From IMG/VR virus record IMGVR_UViG_3300022918_000016, positions 1-52,569 of that record: a stretch of 52,569 bases of DNA. One strand, 5' to 3'. The position numbers and the translations under genes are program-made. The DNA is from a virus. Lineage: Duplodnaviria > Caudoviricetes. Positions 47,267 through 52,569 of the stretch are shown in pieces (position 1 is the first letter of the stretch; every line of letters begins with the position of its first letter). The notes beneath the pieces are model-generated. The model saw only the letters and a list, made by a program, of their open reading frames with translations, searched no databases and was not told the origin of the DNA.

Positions 47267-47434
47267 TTATATTTTTTTATTGTGTGCTGCAATAGCATTA
47301 TGAAGAGACAAAGGCATTTTATTTAAAGGCGTAACCCCTATAGCTGCTTTTGGGTTATCAAGCATGTATTGCTTAATTTTATTAGCTGTCAGGGCTTTTG
47401 TAACACCTTTAGCCTGTATAGTATATTTTACCAT
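47267..47434 (-). CDS. Small basic protein (55 aa)
   Basis: Manual translation MVKYTIQAKG... Confidence 0.6.
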   Translation of the reverse strand: MVKYTIQAKGVTKALTANKIKQYMLDNPKAAIGVTPLNKMPLSLHNAIAAHNKKI

Positions 47435-47468
47435 AATAATTTATTTTAAAGGCTTTCGCCTGTTGTTG

Positions 47469-47687
47469 TTAATCGGAATCGTAATACTCTTTAAGCATTT
47501 TTGAAAAGTCTGTATACACAGGTTTATCGGTTATTCTATCTGCTATTATAGATATTTGTTCCTGCAAGTATTTTATTTCTTCAAAACTAAATACCTCTTT
47601 TTCATCCATCAGCATCACTTCATCAGATGCATAGAGTATAGATTTTGCAATTCTTTTAGCAATCTCTTTAAGAATACGTTTATCCAT
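47469..47687 (-). CDS. Hypothetical protein
   Basis: ORF in the operon. Confidence 0.65.
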   Translation of the reverse strand: MDKRILKEIAKRIAKSILYASDEVMLMDEKEVFSFEEIKYLQEQISIIADRITDKPVYTDFSKMLKEYYDSD

Positions 47688-47720
47688 AATAATTTATTTT
47701 AAAGGGAGGCGTTAACCTCG

Positions 47721-48266
47721 TTAGTTTTTAATTAATAATCCCGATACAAACCCAATGATACCCCATAAAATAGGGTGTTTAAACCATTTTACCGGCTTAC
47801 TGGCTTCAATTTTTACCGATTCAACCGTTAGATCCTCGTGTGCCTGGTTTAATTCTAAATTAAGAACCGTAAGCCGGGAATAAATAACCTGAAGGCTATC
47901 ATTCTGTTTCTGTATAATGATATTTAACTCCTGTGCTGCATTGTACGCCTGCTGATATTGTAACCGGTACTCATTGCTTGTTTTAAGTCCTTTGTAGATG
48001 TTTTTATACTGCGCTGGTGTTAGACATAGGGTATCCTGAGAATATGCCTGTAAACCGATAAATAATATAATTAAGGGTAATTTTTTAATCACTATTTCTA
48101 AATCATAACCGATGGAGTTGGCTATTTTTTTAAGCGTAGTAAATGCCAAAGGTTTATATCCTGAATTATAACCATACAGGTTACGTTTATCGATATTTGA
48201 TTTCTCGGAGATTACCGGTATTTTTAAACCGGATAGCTGTATTAGTTTTTGGAGTGTTTTTTGCAT
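47721..48266 (-). CDS. XRE-type HTH fused to signal peptide + coiled coil + C-terminal TM (spanin-like)
   Basis: Residues 1-58 HTH-like (..TLKKIANSIGYDLEI); KKLPLIILFIGLQAYS/Q signal; ILWGIIGFVSGLLI C-terminus. Confidence 0.65.
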   Translation of the reverse strand: MQKTLQKLIQLSGLKIPVISEKSNIDKRNLYGYNSGYKPLAFTTLKKIANSIGYDLEIVIKKLPLIILFIGLQAYSQDTLCLTPAQYKNIYKGLKTSNEYRLQYQQAYNAAQELNIIIQKQNDSLQVIYSRLTVLNLELNQAHEDLTVESVKIEASKPVKWFKHPILWGIIGFVSGLLIKN

Positions 48267-48271
48267 TTTAT

Positions 48272-48412
48272 TTATTCTATAAAATATTTAGCTATATATT
48301 TAAATAAAGGAAAAATAAACCTTATAAATATGTATATAAAAACACATACCCAGCATATCCCTATAGATATCCAGTTTACATTTTCCCAAAAATAATTTTT
48401 TTTATTTCTCAT
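48272..48412 (-). CDS. Small membrane protein (46 aa)
   Basis: Manual translation; one TM. Confidence 0.5.
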   Translation of the reverse strand: MRNKKNYFWENVNWISIGICWVCVFIYIFIRFIFPLFKYIAKYFIE

Positions 48413-48436
48413 TTTATTTAGTATTAAAATATTTTT

Positions 48437-48667
48437 TTATGTTATAACAATATAGACGGGCTCTAAGCAATCTAAATTGTACCATCCAGATACACCCATA
48501 AAACCCATGTTTCCAGAGACAGACGTGTCATCGCCTTCAATCACATGGACATCGACAAACGTATTAAAATTCCTTATAGATTCTACTACACCGTTTTTAA
48601 TTTCTTTGTAATGTCCATTACTTTCAATACGAACATTAACAATATCACCTTTTTTAAAATTTTTCAT
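48437..48667 (-). CDS. Hypothetical protein (FKKGDIV, SH3/KOW-like)
   Basis: ORF in the operon. Confidence 0.65.
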   Translation of the reverse strand: MKNFKKGDIVNVRIESNGHYKEIKNGVVESIRNFNTFVDVHVIEGDDTSVSGNMGFMGVSGWYNLDCLEPVYIVIT

Positions 48668-48825
48668 AATCCAAGTTTTTTGATTGCGTTATCTAAATCT
48701 CTAAGTTTTGTTTTACGTACTTTCTTAGCCTCTTCATGATCTTTAGAAATCCATTCCTTTAGAATAATTTCCAGATGCCGTTTCTCTTCTTTAAGCACGA
48801 ATAAGGCGTGATTATATTCTGCCAT
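48664..48825 (-). CDS. Small helical protein (53 aa)
   Basis: Manual translation; coupled at both ends. Confidence 0.6.
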   Translation of the reverse strand: MAEYNHALFVLKEEKRHLEIILKEWISKDHEEAKKVRKTKLRDLDNAIKKLGL

Positions 48826-49070
48826 TAGTTATATTTTAAAATTATTTTACACTCCCATTCAAAACCCCAAGAGTAATCTATATCAAAAGATATTTTATTT
48901 GATTCTAAAACTTTTAACGTCTTAGATAATTTACTTACTGATATTGATATATTTTCAATATTAAAATCTATCAAAACTTTAGACAGGTCAGATATTTTGT
49001 AAATATTTACAAAGTTTTGACCTATTACATTTAGAACCTTATTGTATTTTAATGTCGCTCTAGCTTTCAT
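48825..49070 (-). CDS. Hypothetical protein (start MKARAT)
   Basis: ATG downstream of promoter 49100-49093. Confidence 0.65.
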   Translation of the reverse strand: MKARATLKYNKVLNVIGQNFVNIYKISDLSKVLIDFNIENISISVSKLSKTLKVLESNKISFDIDYSWGFEWECKIILKYN

Positions 49071-49081
49071 AATTCCTATTG

Positions 49082-49104
49082 TTTTATACATACAAATATA
49101 CACC
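49082..49104 (-). repeat. 23-bp duplicated promoter cassette, copy 1 (GGTGTATATTTGTATGTATAAAA)
   Basis: Identical to 52329-52351. Confidence 0.85.
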
Positions 49105-49132
49105 ATTATATAATACCCACAACAAAATTGTG

Positions 49133-49162
49133 AAAAAAAATACACCCGTTAAGGTGTATTTT
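49133..49162. terminator. Terminator
   Basis: A8-TACACC-cgttaa-GGTGTA-T4. Confidence 0.7.
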
Positions 49163-49172
49163 ACAAATTAAG

Positions 49173-49487
49173 TTATTCTGATTTATAATTACGTAAATAC
49201 TGCTTCATATACTCATTTGTTGTATCCCTGATAACAGGTTTTTCTACACGTAATTTTTTAATTATTTCTTTTGATTTTTCTACTGAATTTTTAGAAACAT
49301 CTGAAGCTGATTTTATTTCTCCTGTAATAGAATCGTTTTTAGTTTTAATCGTTTTCTGTAGCTGCTCCGTTTTATTAGATACAGGCAGATGTTCACGAAG
49401 TGGCGCGGTTAAAAACCACACAGCTAAACCTGCTATTATTGCGGCTGCCAATACTGCCCATCCCGGGTATTTAGTTTCTTGTTCCAT
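49173..49487 (-). CDS. N-terminal TM + coiled-coil protein (i-spanin-like)
   Basis: One TM followed by a charged heptad region. Confidence 0.55.
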   Translation of the reverse strand: MEQETKYPGWAVLAAAIIAGLAVWFLTAPLREHLPVSNKTEQLQKTIKTKNDSITGEIKSASDVSKNSVEKSKEIIKKLRVEKPVIRDTTNEYMKQYLRNYKSE

Positions 49488-49493
49488 GATTTA

Positions 49494-51647
49494 TTACTCC
49501 ATTTGTTTAATTACTATTTCGCACAACTCTTTAATCATAACCGATTTCATTTTACCGTTTGGATCTGGCGCGCGATTTAGAATATCGATTATTTCCAAAG
49601 CTAAATCCTTACGCCCTATGTTGCTATATGACCTGCATTTAATAAACGCATCAGGTACGGGATTAAGGTTTAAAAAATAAGCGTGTGCTTTATCGAAATG
49701 CTGCAGCGGAGTATTACCTGGCATTGCAGGTTTAAATGTTGTTTCGGGCTGATAACCTAAAGGTATGTTTGATTTTACTGGTTGCGGCGCAGGTGCTGGC
49801 TTAGATGGTTTAGGCTGCTCCATACCCTGTAATACAGTTTGTTTTAATCCGTCTACGATTTCGATGACGGGTTCGGGTTCTGTTATAGCTTCGGGAATAG
49901 GAGGTAAAACCTCGTTAATTACTGGTGTTGCAGGTTCGGGCGCAGGATTATTCATAGCAGCTAATTTAGCTTGCATTTCCGCTAATTGCTTTTCTAAATC
50001 CTGCTTCTCTTTCAGTAACTTATTATTTTCAGATTCTTGCGCTTCTAATTCAGATTTTTTCTGCTGCCCGTCAGTAACAAATTTTAAAAACTCTTCTTCG
50101 GTGGCTGTGTCGATTTGCGTGCCGGTAACAAATAAATTACGGATATTATACAGGTCGCCATTAAAAATATATCCGGCATCGAATAAATCCTGTTTTCGAT
50201 TATTCAGTTTAGCGATCTGGGCGGTGCGCTCTGCCTGGATTCGGATTTCTTCGGCGTTTTCAAAACGTAAGCGTTCTGTTTTTTGTTTTTCGTGAGCTTC
50301 ACGGGTTATTTTAGCGGCAGGCGTAACCAATGATTTGATAGTTGATTTTATAGAGTTTAGCAGCTTACTGGCACCTGCTTCTATTTTCTCAGTATCGGTG
50401 CTGGCTTTTAGTAATGCCGATTCATGTTTCTTAGCTAATTTAAGCGATTTAACATCTATTATAGATATAAACGGATTGGCGGCAGCTATAGCCTCCTGTT
50501 TGGCTACAAGGTTCTTTAGATCGCTTATTTTATCAGGTTGTATCGATAAAACTGTTTCGAGCGTGGCTAATCCCGTTTCATTATCTTCAGCAGCAGGTAA
50601 CTCCTGAAATTCTACCGTTTCAGCCGGATCTGTTTTTTTTATTTTAGGAGGGTTTAATTCCATTCCGATATGCATCAAACGTTCTTCCCATTCTTTCGGC
50701 TCTGCTTCCTGCAAGTAATCCATTTTTACAGATATAATACCCTTCTCGAATTTATCAGATTCCTGATTGTAAATTAATCCATAATACTGCATTGCAGAAA
50801 TTCTGCGCTGTCTTTCGATAGCGTGTTCCGGGATTGAAATATCGAATTTTTTATCTGCGGCGGGCGCGGCTGGTTGCTCCATAGGTTGTAATAGATTTTT
50901 AAGTTTTTTAGTTTCGTTTTCGGGGTATCCTGTAAGGTTATTTAATAATATTTTTTTAGCTTCGGTTACGGCTATCTCAGCAGATGGTAATTCAAATTTA
51001 GAACACGGAATAGAAAAGCCTGCACTCCTGTTGTGCATAAATTCAATACCATACGCCCAAAGATTTCTATCAGATTTAGCGATTACTATTTTACATTCTA
51101 TCCCACCTGCATCGAACATAAATTCGGTATCAGGATTAAGAGCAACACCGTTGTCATTTATTTTATAGTTTTTCATAGATGGTAAATTATTTTGCAGTTC
51201 CTGTATTCGCTGCGGTATTGTGATATTTTTACTGTTGATGTATTTTAATTCTGTTTTCAGCAGGTAAACCCCTGATTTATATCTTAGTGATAACAAATAT
51301 TCATGCAATACCTGTATGTGTTCAGGTGTGTTCGGCGGAAATAAAACCGATAACTCTGTGAAATGTTCCCCGGTTAAATCATGGCTTTGTTTCTCATGTA
51401 CGATATCGAAAACACCTAAATCTGAGAGGGTTAATTTTTCAGTGATAACCCTATTTTTAAAAGCCAGTAAATCTGATGGTGCTGTAATTTCGCGTAATGA
51501 ATCATCGATTTCAATCAGGATAGTGTTCCTGCGTAATAAACCCGATGTGTGCAGGTTGTAAACTTTATAAGGTTTTCCATCGATGTTTATTGTTTCATGA
51601 TGCTCTGAGGCGGTGTTGCCGCGTTTAAGGGGTTTCATCAGGCACAA
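49494..51647 (-). CDS. Large multi-domain coiled-coil protein
   Basis: 717 aa; central coiled coil; Pro-rich linkers. Confidence 0.75.
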   Translation of the reverse strand: MCLMKPLKRGNTASEHHETINIDGKPYKVYNLHTSGLLRRNTILIEIDDSLREITAPSDLLAFKNRVITEKLTLSDLGVFDIVHEKQSHDLTGEHFTELSVLFPPNTPEHIQVLHEYLLSLRYKSGVYLLKTELKYINSKNITIPQRIQELQNNLPSMKNYKINDNGVALNPDTEFMFDAGGIECKIVIAKSDRNLWAYGIEFMHNRSAGFSIPCSKFELPSAEIAVTEAKKILLNNLTGYPENETKKLKNLLQPMEQPAAPAADKKFDISIPEHAIERQRRISAMQYYGLIYNQESDKFEKGIISVKMDYLQEAEPKEWEERLMHIGMELNPPKIKKTDPAETVEFQELPAAEDNETGLATLETVLSIQPDKISDLKNLVAKQEAIAAANPFISIIDVKSLKLAKKHESALLKASTDTEKIEAGASKLLNSIKSTIKSLVTPAAKITREAHEKQKTERLRFENAEEIRIQAERTAQIAKLNNRKQDLFDAGYIFNGDLYNIRNLFVTGTQIDTATEEEFLKFVTDGQQKKSELEAQESENNKLLKEKQDLEKQLAEMQAKLAAMNNPAPEPATPVINEVLPPIPEAITEPEPVIEIVDGLKQTVLQGMEQPKPSKPAPAPQPVKSNIPLGYQPETTFKPAMPGNTPLQHFDKAHAYFLNLNPVPDAFIKCRSYSNIGRKDLALEIIDILNRAPDPNGKMKSVMIKELCEIVIKQME

Positions 51648-51954
51648 GCTTAAGCGCGTTTAGGATGCGTTGTTTTGGGGTCTTGCCTAATGATATAGCA
51701 CTGTCGTTTATTTCGTAGACGTGATCCATAAAATCACTCGTTTGTCCGTGAAGATTTTTATATACTGGCGCGAGTAAATTACCTAAGCTAACCGCTTCTT
51801 CAACTTTATTTTCAAGGCTTAAAACCTGTAGCCCGCAATGACCAAGCGCGCAATGACAATCAGGATCTGATTTACTGGTTAAGATACCAACGCACCATTT
51901 CTCATCGGGTATAGCCTGAAATTTCTCTATAAAATATTGTTTAGTGTATTTCAT
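51625..51954 (-). CDS. Hypothetical phage protein
   Basis: FIEKF.AIP.EKW...CALGHCG...IND pattern. Confidence 0.75.
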   Translation of the reverse strand: MKYTKQYFIEKFQAIPDEKWCVGILTSKSDPDCHCALGHCGLQVLSLENKVEEAVSLGNLLAPVYKNLHGQTSDFMDHVYEINDSAISLGKTPKQRILNALKLVPDETP

Positions 51955-52091
51955 TACTTGGTAGTATTTAAATCGTTAAATAATTCCGTAATCTCCAACT
52001 CCGTATAAAACCGATCCTTAAATCGGTATTTTTTACGGGTTATCGTTTTTACGGGTGTGGTCTGGGTTTCGATGAAGGTTTTTAGTGTCAT
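51954..52091 (-). CDS. Small hypothetical protein (45 aa)
   Basis: Manual translation; TAATG coupling. Confidence 0.55.
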   Translation of the reverse strand: MTLKTFIETQTTPVKTITRKKYRFKDRFYTELEITELFNDLNTTK

Positions 52092-52097
52092 GGGTTT

Positions 52098-52304
52098 TTA
52101 TTTAATTACAGTAGTGAATAATTTACCACCATGCACCAATGCATAAGCCTCTGGGTTATCGTAAAGCGTGTCATTGATGCTTATATAATATTTATCTGCG
52201 GGCTTTACGTTAACTGTTTCATAAGGTTGATTTTTAAATTCAGATTTTTTAACACATGAGGTTAGAGAGGTTAAAACGATAAGTGATACGATAATAATTT
52301 TCAT
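52098..52304 (-). CDS. Small lipoprotein
   Basis: MKIIIVSLIVLTSLTSC lipobox; first gene after a promoter. Confidence 0.75.
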   Translation of the reverse strand: MKIIIVSLIVLTSLTSCVKKSEFKNQPYETVNVKPADKYYISINDTLYDNPEAYALVHGGKLFTTVIK

Positions 52305-52328
52305 AATAGGTATTTTTAAATGCTGTTT

Positions 52329-52351
52329 TTTTATACATACAAATATACACC
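52329..52351 (-). repeat. 23-bp duplicated promoter cassette, copy 2
   Basis: Identical to 49082-49104; contains TAtaTTTG. Confidence 0.85.
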
Positions 52352-52384
52352 TATTTTTCAATTCACAAACATTTTTCACAAAAA

Positions 52385-52569
52385 TTATTTAAATTTTATT
52401 TCTGTCTGTTCTTCGTTATTTCGTATCACTTCAAACGGCTTACCTTCCGTGGCAGGCGAAGCCCCGAATATAATCTCACTATTAACCTTTGTAGCGCGTG
52501 ATTTCGTCTTAGAACCGAACACTATACCATCTACCTTAACTGCGCCCTCTAAACGCATTAAAAACACTG
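52385..52569 (-). CDS. C-terminus of the primase-helicase (continuation of 1-2711)
   Basis: Same frame through the terminal overlap; stop at 52385-52387. Confidence 0.85.
   Translation of the reverse strand, partial: VFLMRLEGAVKVDGIVFGSKTKSRATKVNSEIIFGASPATEGKPFEVIRNNEEQTEIKFK
52440..52569. repeat. Terminal direct repeat, copy 2
   Basis: Matches 1-130. Confidence 0.95.

Noticed and set aside
49765-50607. + strand ORFs of 176 and 90 aa
   Set aside because: Antisense shadows of the Pro/Glu-rich 717-aa gene; the same applies to the antisense ORFs within TMP, MCP, portal and terminase.
52440-52569. Biological direct terminal repeat
   Set aside because: It falls mid-gene and its length is typical of an assembler k-mer overlap; treated as a circularity signal only.

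Overview
The window is an apparently complete, circularly permuted genome of a tailed (siphovirus-type) dsDNA phage, about 52,439 bp after removing a 130-bp terminal overlap (1-130 = 52440-52569, one mismatch). The host is inferred to be Bacteroidota, probably Flavobacteriaceae, from many TAnnTTTG promoters, AT-rich translation starts without Shine-Dalgarno motifs and a DUF3127-type SSB. Leftward replication genes are a ~921-aa CHC2/TOPRIM/P-loop primase-helicase spanning the contig join (missed by the ORF track), VRR-NUC, DEDDh exonuclease, a C5 methyltransferase and an SF2 helicase. A rightward early operon encodes an HD hydrolase, a RecE-like protein with its catalytic motif lost, SLOG, two HNHs, SSB and a Rad52/Sak-like protein. 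A lysis cluster and a leftward head-tail module follow; the module is interrupted by two opposite-strand islands and two same-strand moron clusters. I saw no integrase, DNA polymerase, tRNA or CRISPR array. The most interesting signals are: (i) two promoter-proximal leader RNAs with the same two-hairpin loop-loop (kissing) architecture and compensatory base changes (26492-26572, 27512-27605); (ii) two promoter-to-terminator sRNA candidates sharing an anti-start-codon seed GUCAUAAUUU, one perfectly complementary over 14 nt to the start region of the first early gene; (iii) two genes in which a DNA-binding domain is fused in frame to an exported protein with its own internal start codon. All product calls come from motif recognition by eye, without database searches.
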